Shown piece after piece: positions 1 to 9,730 of a stretch of 64,000 nt of DNA. Under the pieces are notes generated by a model. That model was not told the DNA's origin. It did not search any database and saw nothing but the letters and a program-made list of their open reading frames with translations. The stretch lies in the NCBI GenBank assembly GCA_949529445.1, contig CATISA010000026.1:15548-79547 (forward strand), in the 5' to 3' direction. The stretch is from Alphaproteobacteria bacterium UBA4588 (lineage in GTDB: Bacteria; Pseudomonadota; Alphaproteobacteria; Puniceispirillales; Puniceispirillaceae). The position numbers and the translations under genes are program-made. Each line of letters starts with the position of its first letter. Positions within the stretch are counted from its first letter, which is position 1.

Positions 1-227
1 TTACTTGCCTGAAGAACAAGGGTTTTTTCAGATAAGGCAACGGGCGAAAGATTTTTAATCCAAGCCTGCCAAACAGCCTCTCCCAAATCCTGCTTCATTG
101 CCGCGGACACGCGTTCCCAGATTGAAGAGACAGTCTCAATCGGCTCTGCTGTCGCAACAGAATCAGACACAGCATCTTTAGTGTCTATCTCCTTCTGGGG
201 AGGACGGATGTTTCGTGAGTCAGACAT
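1..227 (-). CDS. dnaA: Chromosomal replication initiator DnaA, N-terminal 75 codons only (gene continues past the window start)
   Basis: Not in the ORF track because there is no stop in the window. Hand translation of the minus strand from ATG 227..225 gives MSDSRNIRPPQKEIDTKDAVSDSVATAEPIETVSSIWERVSAAMKQDLGEAVWQAWIKNLSPVALSEKTLVLQAS. The W-x-R-V-x5-L-G-x3-W-x-A-W-I pattern matches DnaA domain I. Adjacency to rpsT is typical of alphaproteobacteria. Confidence 0.7.
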   Translation of the reverse strand, partial: MSDSRNIRPPQKEIDTKDAVSDSVATAEPIETVSSIWERVSAAMKQDLGEAVWQAWIKNLSPVALSEKTLVLQAS

Positions 228-637
228 TAATACCTAAGACGTCAGGAATTTGAATTTTGGTTTTTTCAGCCAGAAATCCAGAAATGTGACGCAAATAATG
301 GGCATAAAAACCCATACTCAAGCCTGTCCCAAGACACTCTGTGCATCCTGAAATGTAGCCTTAAACATGCGCAGAAAGCAAGCCGCAGAATCGGTGATTT
401 CAGAAAATATATTTTCTTGATCAACACAATTTGCGCTTGACAGCATATGTGTAAAATTTAGGTCTGTACGGCTGACCCACTTCTTGTTTTGCAAATTAAA
501 TCAGCATCTTTATTGCATCCGAATCATTGAGAATCGGACGGCAAGAACTGAACAGTCATTGCTATCCCATAGGGTTATTTATAAAGGAGAGGTAAGAAAA
601 CGAGAGTATGTAGGCTTTTAGTCACCCAAAATAGACA

Positions 638-662
638 CAAAAAAAGCAGGAGGTTTCCTGCT
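638..662 (-). terminator. Rho-independent terminator downstream of rpsT
   Basis: Minus strand reads AGCAGGA-AACC-TCCTGCT (7-bp stem, 4-nt loop) followed by TTTTTTT, about 55 nt after the rpsT stop. Confidence 0.65.
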
Positions 663-717
663 TTCCTTCACTATTCTAGCTGTATATGCGGAAAAACCGC
701 AAAAGGTTCGTTGTGCC

Positions 718-984
718 TTAAGCTCCAACAGCCTTAACACGAGCTGAAAGACGCGACACTTTACGTGAAGCAGTGTTCTTATGAATAACGCCTTTTGATA
801 CACCGCGCATAATCTCTGGCTGGGCTTCTTTGAGTGCTACCTGAGCTGATTCTTTATCACCAGATGTGATCGCCATCTCAACCTTCTTGATGAAGGTACG
901 AATCCGGCTTATCCGGCTTTTATTGATTTCGGCGCGATTCGCGTTGCGGCGAATACGCTTTTTTGCAGATTTGTGATTAGCCAT
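718..984 (-). CDS. rpsT: 30S ribosomal protein S20
   Basis: Translation begins [34 protein letters not shown], a typical S20. I prefer ATG at 984; the ORF track starts one codon earlier at GTG 987. Confidence 0.95.
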   Translation of the reverse strand: MANHKSAKKRIRRNANRAEINKSRISRIRTFIKKVEMAITSGDKESAQVALKEAQPEIMRGVSKGVIHKNTASRKVSRLSARVKAVGA

Positions 985-1139
985 CACGGGTCCTCTAAAT
1001 ATAGACGATAAAACAGACTGCGGCTTATAAACCGCCTATCTGTTATGGTCAAGCATTCTGTCACTATTTTCGCCAGAAACCTGCCAAACACTCGCCATTA
1101 TAGCAGATTTAGGGGTTAGGAAATGTCTGGCACACTAAT

Positions 1140-1553
1140 TTAGCGTGCTGGTTGAAGGGCAATTCGCCAAAGGCCTAGCCCATTAACATTAACCTGTTTT
1201 ATAGCCACTTCTTCTGGGCCACGCCGGAATACATCACCACTTCCTTGCCAGCCAAGGGGCGGCAGGATGGCTCTATAATAGGACCGAATAGCTGACGCTG
1301 GAGCATCTGTTGTAGCAAATAAAACAATAATGCGTCCCGAAGGGGAATCAAAGCTAAAGCCGAGATCTGTGGCAACAACTAGGCTCTCTTCAAGCGGAAT
1401 ATCTGCAACCCACCGTGCTTGGGGTGACACTGCTCCATTTTGCTGGGCTTTGGCTACCGGAAAACATGTGAGAACAAAAAGTCCAGCGAGCACTGTCAGA
1501 ATAAAAGGCATGCGTTTCACTGCGGCATTGGGAATTACGGATTTTATCATCAT
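1140..1553 (-). CDS. Hypothetical secreted protein (N-terminal signal peptide)
   Basis: 137-aa ORF with a hydrophobic N-terminus, MPFILTVLAGLFVLTCFPVAKA/QQ. I recognise no family. It fills the rpsT-mutM gap with no competing ORF except an antisense one. Confidence 0.5.
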   Translation of the reverse strand: MMIKSVIPNAAVKRMPFILTVLAGLFVLTCFPVAKAQQNGAVSPQARWVADIPLEESLVVATDLGFSFDSPSGRIIVLFATTDAPASAIRSYYRAILPPLGWQGSGDVFRRGPEEVAIKQVNVNGLGLWRIALQPAR

Positions 1554-1646
1554 CGCACCTGAATCATCAATTTGGCCTCGTTAATCTGGCACCATTATTA
1601 CTGTGAAAAATATGAACCGGCCAGCGTTACACCTCCTTACAATGCC

Positions 1647-2468
1647 TTAGCGCTGACATGAAGGACAGTAAAAACTGGCCCGTCCTGACTGCCGCAACTC
1701 TTTGATTGGCGTAGCACAGTTCAGGCATGGCTCAGATGTCCGGCCATAGACCAAAAGACGTTGCACAAAATAGCCGATTTCACCGCCTGGCTGAACATGG
1801 TCGCGCAAAGAAGTTCCGCCAGCTTCAATCGCGGCTGCCAAAACTGTTCGAATCGCTATTACCAGCTTTTCAGCTCTTTTCCCTGTAATTGTCTGCGCCC
1901 GCCGCCGCGGCGATATACCCGACATATGCAGCGCTTCATTGACATAGATATTGCCGAGTCCTGCAATAAGCCGCTGATCAAGCAAGGCTGATTTTATCGG
2001 GGTTTTTTTGCCCTCCAGCACCTCAGAAAGCCACGGGCCAGACAAATGGTTTGACAGTGGCTCAATGCCGAGATGAGACAATAGCGGATGTTCAGCCTCG
2101 CCACCCGCTGGAATAATATCAAGATGACCAAAACGGCGGGGGTCTGAATAAACCATCCACATACCCGTCTCCATTTCTAGCGAGAAATGATCGTGGGCAC
2201 CAAATTCTGGCTTACTATCATGAAGACGGATTGCCCCTGACATGCCAAGATGCACTAGCAGGGCCGTATCGTCTTCGAGTGGTACCATAATATATTTCGC
2301 GCGCCGCCGCGGTTCACCACACCGTTGTCCGGTTAAATGAGCTGCCATGGCATTCGGTAACGGCCAGCGTAAATCTGAGCGTGTTAGGCGAACAAACTTG
2401 ATAGATTGTCCTGTAAGGACCGGTGAGATCGCGCGCTTAACAGTCTCAACTTCAGGTAATTCAGGCAC
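1647..2468 (-). CDS. mutM: Formamidopyrimidine-DNA glycosylase (Fpg/MutM)
   Basis: PELPEVETV N-terminus and C-terminal zinc finger CLNC...CPSCQ. The start is set to GTG 2468 so the mature protein begins with the catalytic Pro. The ORF-track ATG at 2486 would add 6 residues before it. Confidence 0.9.
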   Translation of the reverse strand: MPELPEVETVKRAISPVLTGQSIKFVRLTRSDLRWPLPNAMAAHLTGQRCGEPRRRAKYIMVPLEDDTALLVHLGMSGAIRLHDSKPEFGAHDHFSLEMETGMWMVYSDPRRFGHLDIIPAGGEAEHPLLSHLGIEPLSNHLSGPWLSEVLEGKKTPIKSALLDQRLIAGLGNIYVNEALHMSGISPRRRAQTITGKRAEKLVIAIRTVLAAAIEAGGTSLRDHVQPGGEIGYFVQRLLVYGRTSEPCLNCATPIKELRQSGRASFYCPSCQR

Positions 2469-2665
2469 AGTGATATCTCCAGACATGTTATTTTGCCATT
2501 GCTTGGCATTCCCCTAACAGAGGCTGTCTGATATAACGGGGTCAAACCTATCTTAGCCTCTAAACCAGAGCGGATAAAACTGAAAGTCATATACTCACTT
2601 TGAAAGCTTGTTTTGTTACCTGCTTTCAGGACAGTCTTTAGCCGTTCGTTAACATTGTAGAATTT

Positions 2666-3466
2666 ATGATACTACCTCTATCTGATAGACCTAGTCTGAC
2701 ATCTCCTTCAGCTTCTTCTGGTGAGGGCCAGGCAGATATTGATTTTGGCTTTTCGCGTATTCCTATTGATGAAAAACAAGGCCGCGTTGCCGAAGTTTTC
2801 TCATCTGTCGCAAGCTCTTATGATATAATGAATGATCTAATGAGCGGCGGGGTTCACAGGCTTTGGAAGGGTGCATTAATGGATTGGCTTGCCCCCCGTT
2901 CAGGCCAAAAGCTGGTCGATTTGGCAGGCGGAACCGGTGACATTGCCCTTCGGTTTCTCCACCGTGGTGGTGGCTCTGCACATATTGTCGATATCAATGA
3001 AGATATGCTGAATGCTGGGCGCAAACGCCGTGATCTTACATCCTATACAGACCGGCTCACTTGGACTGTTGCTAGTGCAGAAGACCTGCCGATTGATGAT
3101 AATAGTGTGGACCGTGTGACAATCAGTTTTGGCTTGCGCAACGTCACAAACAGGCAAGCTGCGCTTGCAGAAGCATATCGTATTTTAAAGCCAGGTGGCC
3201 GGTTTTGTTGCCTTGAATTTTCTCATATTACAACACCAGCGCTTGAAAAAATCTATGATTTATGGTCGTTCCAGGTACTACCTAGGATTGGCCGGATAGT
3301 TGCGAATGATGAAGCAGCCTATCGATATCTAGTTGAGTCCATTCGCACCTTCCCAACCCAGCAGGAACTTGCCGATATGTTTAGTCAAGCAGGGTTTGCG
3401 CAGGTAAGAGTGCGCAATCTATCATCTGGGATTGCGGCAATTCATTCCGGCTGGAAGCTTGATTGA
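2666..3466 (+). CDS. ubiE: Ubiquinone/menaquinone biosynthesis C-methyltransferase UbiE
   Basis: Motifs VASSYDIMNDLMSGGVHRLWK, SAM-binding VDLAGGTGD and FGLRNVT. Immediately followed by ubiB. Confidence 0.9.
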   Translation: MILPLSDRPSLTSPSASSGEGQADIDFGFSRIPIDEKQGRVAEVFSSVASSYDIMNDLMSGGVHRLWKGALMDWLAPRSGQKLVDLAGGTGDIALRFLHRGGGSAHIVDINEDMLNAGRKRRDLTSYTDRLTWTVASAEDLPIDDNSVDRVTISFGLRNVTNRQAALAEAYRILKPGGRFCCLEFSHITTPALEKIYDLWSFQVLPRIGRIVANDEAAYRYLVESIRTFPTQQELADMFSQAGFAQVRVRNLSSGIAAIHSGWKLD

Positions 3467-4968
3467 TGATCTGGATCGTTATTATTTTCCGACTTCCCCG
3501 CACTGGCTGGATCCTCGGCCGCGCCGGCGTTCTGGGACATTTATCACAGATCGAATTATTGCCACGCTGGCTTCGGCGCCTACTGGCTATTGTGAATTTT
3601 ATGATGGCCGGGCGCTCAGCAAAAAAAGACGCTGGACAGGCCTTATGCGATGCCTTGCAGGCTTCTGGTCCTGCCTTTATCAAATTTGGTCAGGCACTTG
3701 CCACCCGTGCAGACCTTATTGGGCCAGAACTAGCCAACGGCCTCTCTCAGCTGCAAGATAGCCTGCCTGCTTTTTCAGGAAATGTTGCCCGCCGCCATAT
3801 TGAAAAAACAACTGGCCGGCCAGTTGCAGATTTATTCAAAGATTTTGACGGCGACGCTGTCGCCGCTGCCTCAATCGCACAGGTTCACAAAGCTGTCTTA
3901 CATAATGACCAAACTGTTGCTGTAAAGTTACTGCGGCCGCAGATTGCCCAGCGCATGCAAGCTGACATCCAGTTTTTTCGGGCGCTGGCAGTTATGGTTG
4001 AAACTGTTGCCCCTGGCCTCAAGCGGCTTAAGCTCGTTACAGCAGTAGACCAGTTCGCAACACTGTCCGAGATCGAGCTCGACCTGCGCATGGAAGCAGC
4101 CGCAGGGGGCAGGCTCGCTGAAAATATGGCTGACGATAAGGGTATAAGGATACCCCATATACATATCGAGCATTCAACAACTGATATGCTGGTAATGGAA
4201 TGGATTGACGGTATCAAAATCGATGATCGGGTTGCATTGGAAGCCGCAGGCCATGATATTTCAGCCGTCACAAATATCGCTGCCACCAGTTTCTTTAATC
4301 AGGTGTTTCGCGATGGATATTTCCATGGTGATATGCACCCCGGCAATATTTTTATCACTGCTGATGGCTCATTAGTGCCCATTGATTTTGGCATTATGGG
4401 CCAGCTTGACATCAAAGATAGGCTTTTTCTGGCTCAGCTGTTAGTCGCTATCCTCACGCGTGATTATGACAAGGTTGCAACCTTGCATGCTGATGCCGGC
4501 ATGCTCCCAGACGATATTTCACTACCCCTATTTTCACAAAATCTGCGGGCCGTGGTTGACCCTGTTTTAGGCAAATCGCTTGGCGATATCTCACTGGGAC
4601 TTGTTCTTGGCCAAATTTTACGTCTATCAACCCGGTTTGAGATTTCGGTACAACCTCAATTCACCCTGCTTCAAAAAACAATGGTTATGGCAGAAGGGGT
4701 GGCACGTAGTCTCAATCCAAATGCCAATATGTGGGAATTGTCACAGCCACTGGCCGAAAAATGGATGGATGACCATGCCCATCCTTTAGCTGTCCTTGAA
4801 CGCACTATCACAGAATTTACGAGCATCATACGCCGTCTTCCCGCCATACTTGACCGGTTAGAGCAGGACCCAGAGCCACCCGCGAAGCGCCCGCATTTTA
4901 CCCTGATCATTACCAGCCTCCTCTCTATGAGTGCCATTGTCATTTCCCTTGCTACCTTGCTTCGATAA
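3466..4968 (+). CDS. ubiB: UbiB (ABC1 atypical kinase-like ubiquinone biosynthesis protein)
   Basis: Motifs FIKFGQALATRADL, AAASIAQVHKA and HGDMHPGNIF, with a C-terminal TM segment. ATG 3466 overlaps the ubiE stop (TGATG). The ORF track starts at TTG 3463. Confidence 0.9.
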   Translation: MIWIVIIFRLPRTGWILGRAGVLGHLSQIELLPRWLRRLLAIVNFMMAGRSAKKDAGQALCDALQASGPAFIKFGQALATRADLIGPELANGLSQLQDSLPAFSGNVARRHIEKTTGRPVADLFKDFDGDAVAAASIAQVHKAVLHNDQTVAVKLLRPQIAQRMQADIQFFRALAVMVETVAPGLKRLKLVTAVDQFATLSEIELDLRMEAAAGGRLAENMADDKGIRIPHIHIEHSTTDMLVMEWIDGIKIDDRVALEAAGHDISAVTNIAATSFFNQVFRDGYFHGDMHPGNIFITADGSLVPIDFGIMGQLDIKDRLFLAQLLVAILTRDYDKVATLHADAGMLPDDISLPLFSQNLRAVVDPVLGKSLGDISLGLVLGQILRLSTRFEISVQPQFTLLQKTMVMAEGVARSLNPNANMWELSQPLAEKWMDDHAHPLAVLERTITEFTSIIRRLPAILDRLEQDPEPPAKRPHFTLIITSLLSMSAIVISLATLLR

Positions 4969-4997
4969 CACTATTATTGTGAATAGTTCACGATTTT

Positions 4998-6464
4998 GTG
5001 AATATTAAGAAAACTGCTCCAGAACGGAAGCATAGGATGACAGACTTCAATACTCTTTTTGACCAGATTGTTGCCGAGCTAGGGGGACGAAATTCGGTAA
5101 TGGCGCTGTTAAATGTTGGTCCAAGTGCCTTATCAAATTACCGGAAACGCGGCACCATTCCGTCTGCAAAACAAGCTCTTCTCGACAAGGCCCTTGCCCA
5201 AAAGGGGTTAAAATTTGAGGCAGATGACTTACGGCTTAGCGCGCATAATTCTGCTGAAATACGGCGTATCTTGCTTATTATTACAGGCGGCATAGCTGCT
5301 TACAAAGCCCTTGATCTTGCGCGCCGTCTAATGGAGCGGGGACTTTCAGTCACGGGAGTGATGAGCAAGGGGGCGCAGGAATTTATCACGCCACTTTCAG
5401 TAGCGGCTTTGACCGGAGAAAAAGTCTATACAGATTTATTTTCACTCACCGACGAAGCTGAAATGGGTCATATTAGGCTCGCACGGGAGACTGACATGGT
5501 TCTTGTCGCGCCTGCTACAGCTCATTTCATTACGAAAATGGCGCTTGGCATGGCTGATTGCCTTGCAAGTACTATCTGCCTCGCAACAACTGCACCTGTG
5601 ATGATAGCGCCGGCCATGAACCCACAGATGTGGGCCCACCCCGCCTTACAACAGAATCTCAACACACTTGTGCAGCGCGGGGTTGAAATTATTGCACCGG
5701 CAACAGGCGATACAGCATGCGGCGAGGTTGGTGCTGGGCGCCTTGAAGAACCTATAATCATTGCAGAGCAGGTTTCAACGCGCTTGCGGCAGACATATCA
5801 GAACGGGCCGCTGAGCGGTAAACATATTCTGATTACCTCTGGCCCGACAATCGAGCCTATCGACCCGGTGCGCTTTATTGCAAACAGATCCTCTGGAAAA
5901 CAAGGTCATGCGCTTGCCGCAGAAGCAGTTAAACGCGGTGCCCGTGTCACATTAGTTTCTGGTCCTGTTACAGAAGCGCCGCCGGCAGGGCTAACGCATA
6001 TCAGCATTGAAACAGCCCATCAGATGAAAGAAGCGTGTGAGGCAGCCTTGCCAGCAGATAGCGTTATTTGTGCAGCAGCTGTTGCTGACTGGCACGTTGT
6101 TGGTGCTAGCACCAGCAAGCAGAAAAAGACAGAGGCAGGACCGACTGTCATCACACTTGCAACAAACCCCGATATTCTGGCGAGTCTTAGCCATCATGAT
6201 AAACGGCCATCACTGGTAATCGGCTTTGCGGCTGAAACAGATAATTTGGAGACTGCAGCTCGCGAAAAACACAGACGAAAAGGGTGTGATTGGCTCATCG
6301 CCAATCATATTGCGGCAGACGCTAAGCATTCTGTTTTCGGAGCAAACACAAATAAGGTACTCTTCATCTCCTCAGAAACCTGCGAGGAATGGCCTAACCT
6401 GAAAAAAACTGACGTTGCACGACGCATCTTTGACCGAATGGAGGCATGGTTTGACGGTGACTAA
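4998..6464 (+). CDS. coaBC: Bifunctional phosphopantothenoylcysteine decarboxylase / phosphopantothenate-cysteine ligase CoaBC, with an N-terminal HTH-like extension of about 85 aa
   Basis: CoaC motifs [14 protein letters not shown] and APAMNPQMW. CoaB motif [25 protein letters not shown]. These begin only at about residue 90. The start is either GTG 4998 or ATG 5037 (MTDFNTL...). See finding. Confidence 0.85.
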   Translation: MNIKKTAPERKHRMTDFNTLFDQIVAELGGRNSVMALLNVGPSALSNYRKRGTIPSAKQALLDKALAQKGLKFEADDLRLSAHNSAEIRRILLIITGGIAAYKALDLARRLMERGLSVTGVMSKGAQEFITPLSVAALTGEKVYTDLFSLTDEAEMGHIRLARETDMVLVAPATAHFITKMALGMADCLASTICLATTAPVMIAPAMNPQMWAHPALQQNLNTLVQRGVEIIAPATGDTACGEVGAGRLEEPIIIAEQVSTRLRQTYQNGPLSGKHILITSGPTIEPIDPVRFIANRSSGKQGHALAAEAVKRGARVTLVSGPVTEAPPAGLTHISIETAHQMKEACEAALPADSVICAAAVADWHVVGASTSKQKKTEAGPTVITLATNPDILASLSHHDKRPSLVIGFAAETDNLETAAREKHRRKGCDWLIANHIAADAKHSVFGANTNKVLFISSETCEEWPNLKKTDVARRIFDRMEAWFDGD

Positions 6465-6909
6465 AATTTCATTTCTACAAGCAACTCACGCCTGTCATCT
6501 ACCTCTGCCTGCCTATCAGACAGCAGGGGCGGCTGGCATGGATTTGCAAGCAGCTCTCGGCCCAGACACAGTTACGCTTCTGCCGGGCATGCGGACGGCC
6601 GTTCCGACCGGCCTTCACTTATCAATGCCACCCACAATGGAAGCCCAAATCCGGCCACGCTCGGGTCTTGCACTCAAACAAGGGGTTACTGTTGTTAATG
6701 CACCGGGCACGATAGATAGCGATTACCGCGGAGAAATTAAAATTCTGCTTATCAATCTGGGTCAGGAGCCTGTTGAAATCACAGATGGAATGCGTATCGC
6801 CCAGATGGTGCTTGCCCCTATTCTTCGACCTGAAATTACCCAAAGAGATACGCTTGATGGGACAGAACGCGGGTCAGGTGGCTTTGGGTCAACAGGAACG
6901 GGGTCATGA
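6457..6909 (+). CDS. dut: dUTP diphosphatase
   Basis: Motifs [22 protein letters not shown] and [11 protein letters not shown] prefer GTG 6457 (or TTG 6451), which gives about 150 aa and overlaps the coaBC stop. The ORF-track ATG at 6415 lies deep inside coaBC. Confidence 0.9.
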   Translation: MTKISFLQATHACHLPLPAYQTAGAAGMDLQAALGPDTVTLLPGMRTAVPTGLHLSMPPTMEAQIRPRSGLALKQGVTVVNAPGTIDSDYRGEIKILLINLGQEPVEITDGMRIAQMVLAPILRPEITQRDTLDGTERGSGGFGSTGTGS

Positions 6910-7670
6910 TACTCACTGATGATGAGCTAGAACGCTATGCCCGTCAGGTTGTTATGCCTGAAATTGGAGAAGAGGGTCAAAAACGGCTCTGTGATTCGCA
7001 TATTGCCATTATTGGGGTAGGAGGGCTTGGAGCACCTGTCATAATGGCCCTTGCCGGAGCGGGGACAGGCCGTCTGAGCTTAATTGATGATGATGATGTC
7101 TCACTATCAAATCTAAATCGCCAATATATCCACAATACCCAAACACTTGGCTTGTCAAAGATACAAAGTGCAGCAGCTTTTGTTCGCTCCTTAAATCCAG
7201 ATATTACGCTCCATACCCATGACCAGCGTTTTGACACGGAGACTGGCCATAGCTTGCTTAGCGATGTGGATATTGTAATTGATTGCTCGGATCTGCCAGC
7301 GACACGCTATGCCGTGAATGCTTGCTGCATTGCCTTGCAGATTCCTCTTATTTTCGGCGGCGCTGTTCGAACTGATGGTCAGGTGACAAGCTTTCTGCCA
7401 GCAAATGAAAAAAGCCCCTGTTTTGCCTGTTTATTTCCAGACGCAGATGTTGAATTTGAACAAGCTCCTTCTTGCGCACAAGCTGGCATTTTGGGCACAA
7501 CAACAATGGTCATTGGCGCGTTGCAAGCAGCTGAAGCTATTCGCATTATTGTCGGGTTTGGCGAGAATCTCTGTGGCACGTTACTGCTATATGACGGCCT
7601 AAATGCGTCATTCACGCCCATAAAGGCACAGCGCACGCCCCACTGCCCTGCCTGCGCAGATCGGCCTTAG
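6906..7670 (+). CDS. ThiF/MoeB/HesA-family adenylyltransferase (probable molybdopterin-synthase adenylyltransferase)
   Basis: Motifs RYARQV, Rossmann [10 protein letters not shown] and NLNRQ, plus two CxxC pairs (CFAC, CPAC). ATGA overlap with dut. Confidence 0.8.
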   Translation: MILTDDELERYARQVVMPEIGEEGQKRLCDSHIAIIGVGGLGAPVIMALAGAGTGRLSLIDDDDVSLSNLNRQYIHNTQTLGLSKIQSAAAFVRSLNPDITLHTHDQRFDTETGHSLLSDVDIVIDCSDLPATRYAVNACCIALQIPLIFGGAVRTDGQVTSFLPANEKSPCFACLFPDADVEFEQAPSCAQAGILGTTTMVIGALQAAEAIRIIVGFGENLCGTLLLYDGLNASFTPIKAQRTPHCPACADRP

Positions 7671-8644
7671 AGCATTGCAGCAACAACACGGTCGGGCGGT
7701 GTGTGCCCATCAACAAATGTCTGAATATTAATGATGACTTTATCGCCCATAGCGTGCCTACCTTCAATCGTTGCAGACCCAATATGCGGCAACAGGACAA
7801 CATTTGGTAATGTCAGAAGCTGTTCATGAATCGCTGGCTCATCTTCATAAACATCAAGGCCTGCCCCTGCGAGCTTTCCCTCCGCCAGTAATTTTGCCAA
7901 AGCCAATTCATCAACAATTTCACCACGAGCCGTATTCACTAGATAGGCATGTTCTGGCATTAGTGACAGACGTTCCTCGGATAGCATTCGGTGGGTTGCC
8001 TCTGTGTGTGGGCAATTGACTGACACAATATCCATCCGCCGCAGCATTTCATCCAAATCATCCCAGAAGGTAGCTTCAAGCTCAGCTTCTATCGCAGGGT
8101 GTACTGGCTTGCGGTTATGATAATGCACTGACATACCAAATCCGCGGGCACGACGTGCAATCGCCTGACCTGTCTGGCCCATGCCTATGATACCAAGCCG
8201 CTTGCCGTTAATACGGTGACCTAGCATGCCTGTGGGTGACCATCCGGTCCAATCGCCTGACCGCGCGAGAGCATGGCCTTCTATGATTCGACGCGGCACA
8301 GCAAGAATGAGTGACATCGTTACATCCGCTGTATCTTCAGATAGAACGCCTGGTGTATTGGTTACCGTGATGCCTTTTTTCTTGGCCGCATTGAGGTCAA
8401 TATGGTCAACGCCTGCGCCAAAAGAAGCAATGAGTTTCAACTGAGGACCTGCCTGCTCAATAAGCGCGGCATCAAGCCTGTCTGTTACGGTTGGCACCAG
8501 AACATGGGCACGTTGAAGGGCATCACTCAGTTCAGCTCCCCCAAGAGGAATATCCTGACTATTAAGTTCAGCGTCAAAAAGCTCACGCATTCGTGTTTCG
8601 ATTGCGTCAGGCAGTTTCCGCGTCAGAATAACCTTCTGTTTCAT
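7667..8644 (-). CDS. D-isomer-specific 2-hydroxyacid dehydrogenase (glyoxylate/hydroxypyruvate reductase-like)
   Basis: NAD-binding GIIGMGQTGQAIARRA. The catalytic region contains NTARGEIVDE and PHIGSAT. 325 aa. The substrate cannot be assigned from sequence. Confidence 0.85.
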   Translation of the reverse strand: MKQKVILTRKLPDAIETRMRELFDAELNSQDIPLGGAELSDALQRAHVLVPTVTDRLDAALIEQAGPQLKLIASFGAGVDHIDLNAAKKKGITVTNTPGVLSEDTADVTMSLILAVPRRIIEGHALARSGDWTGWSPTGMLGHRINGKRLGIIGMGQTGQAIARRARGFGMSVHYHNRKPVHPAIEAELEATFWDDLDEMLRRMDIVSVNCPHTEATHRMLSEERLSLMPEHAYLVNTARGEIVDELALAKLLAEGKLAGAGLDVYEDEPAIHEQLLTLPNVVLLPHIGSATIEGRHAMGDKVIINIQTFVDGHTPPDRVVAAML

Positions 8645-8992
8645 GCTGCACCTATCTCCTCAGTTACACCCAGACGTGAATTGCTGACCTCTATTAATTA
8701 GAGAAGCTCATAAAGCTATCCTCAGGTGAGGCACATAAGCGACTGTCTCTTAGCGAAAGAGAGAAAGCCAACTACCCCTTTATAATCAAGCATAGCCTGT
8801 CTTTCCACATCTGAAATACCCAAAAGACTGTTTTCCTGTTTTCAGGCAGTACTAAAAATCGGCTATTTGAGGCATGGAAAGGAAAAAAGCTAGAAACTCA
8901 ACCGGCCATAAAATTTACATACTGAAGGAAGTTTGCAGTGTTTTTCAGGTGATGCCGAGATGATTCTTCTGTAGGTTCTTCCTAACGAATTA

Positions 8993-9577
8993 ATGATCAT
9001 AGAAGGCTTGATGGCTGTGACAACAATTTTTCAACGACTAACGCTAGGCACTTTCGCCAGCATAATGATGCTATGGGCGAGCGATTTTCAGCCCATAATG
9101 GCTCAACAATCTGCCACCTCACAAACAGGGAGCAGCCTTACGACCCGCACTGTTATTCAAGGAACAGGGCTGCCGGTGCCGCGCTTTGTGTCGCTAAAAT
9201 CTGCAAAAGTGAATATGCGTGTTGGGCCAGGCAGAGAATATCCGCTGGACTGGGTATATGTCCGTAGTAACCTGCCGGTAAAAGTCATTGCTGAATTTGA
9301 TGTCTGGCGCAAAATTATTGACCATGAAGGCTCAACCGGCTGGGTCCATGGCCAGCTTGTGAGCCTCAAACGTCATGCGATTATCACAGAGGCATTTGTG
9401 AAGCTACGCCGTAGACCGAGTGCGGAAGCCGATGCCGTAGCGATCGCAGAAAAAGATGTCGTCATGGAAATTCAATTCTGTGAAAAAGAATGGTGCAAAC
9501 TAGCCTCTGATGAGGTCAAAGGATGGGCGCTACGCTCTAGTTTCTGGGGCATGCTGGAGGGTGAGGTGCTTAACTAA
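8993..9577 (+). CDS. Secreted bacterial SH3-like domain protein (DUF1058-type)
   Basis: Signal-like N-terminus. RFVSLKSAKVNMRVGPGREYPLDWVYVRSNLPVKVIAEFDVWRKIIDHEGSTGWVH, followed by a second similar unit, resembles alphaproteobacterial SH3-repeat proteins. Confidence 0.6.
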   Translation: MIIEGLMAVTTIFQRLTLGTFASIMMLWASDFQPIMAQQSATSQTGSSLTTRTVIQGTGLPVPRFVSLKSAKVNMRVGPGREYPLDWVYVRSNLPVKVIAEFDVWRKIIDHEGSTGWVHGQLVSLKRHAIITEAFVKLRRRPSAEADAVAIAEKDVVMEIQFCEKEWCKLASDEVKGWALRSSFWGMLEGEVLN

Positions 9578-9730
9578 AAACGGCCGGTTTCATGTATAGA
9601 CCATCATGCCTGTTACTCATTTAACCGGAATATCTAGAAAAGGCGCTCATCTGTGGCAATCTAGTGCAAATTAGTCTAGGGTGACGTAATTTTAATAGTG
9701 GAATTTATGCAAGGAAGGCTCAGGAAAATC

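Noticed and set aside
228-717. A chromosomal origin (oriC) adjacent to dnaA.
   Set aside because: There is no perfect DnaA box and no box cluster; the best matches have two or three mismatches. I saw no AT-rich repeat unwinding element. The GANTC count (3) is about what chance predicts. The gene-strand bias argues that the origin is elsewhere. I kept this only as a low-interest finding to be tested by GC skew.
618-803. A 61-aa minus-strand ORF overlapping the rpsT 3' end and its terminator.
   Set aside because: It overlaps rpsT in another frame and spans the terminator hairpin. It has no SD and no recognisable family.
9578-9730. Repeated CTAG-containing motifs upstream of fabA, considered as a possible FabR/DesT-type operator.
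   Set aside because: On inspection the repeats are not palindromic beyond the CTAG tetranucleotide. I have no consensus for the relevant alphaproteobacterial regulator to compare them with.
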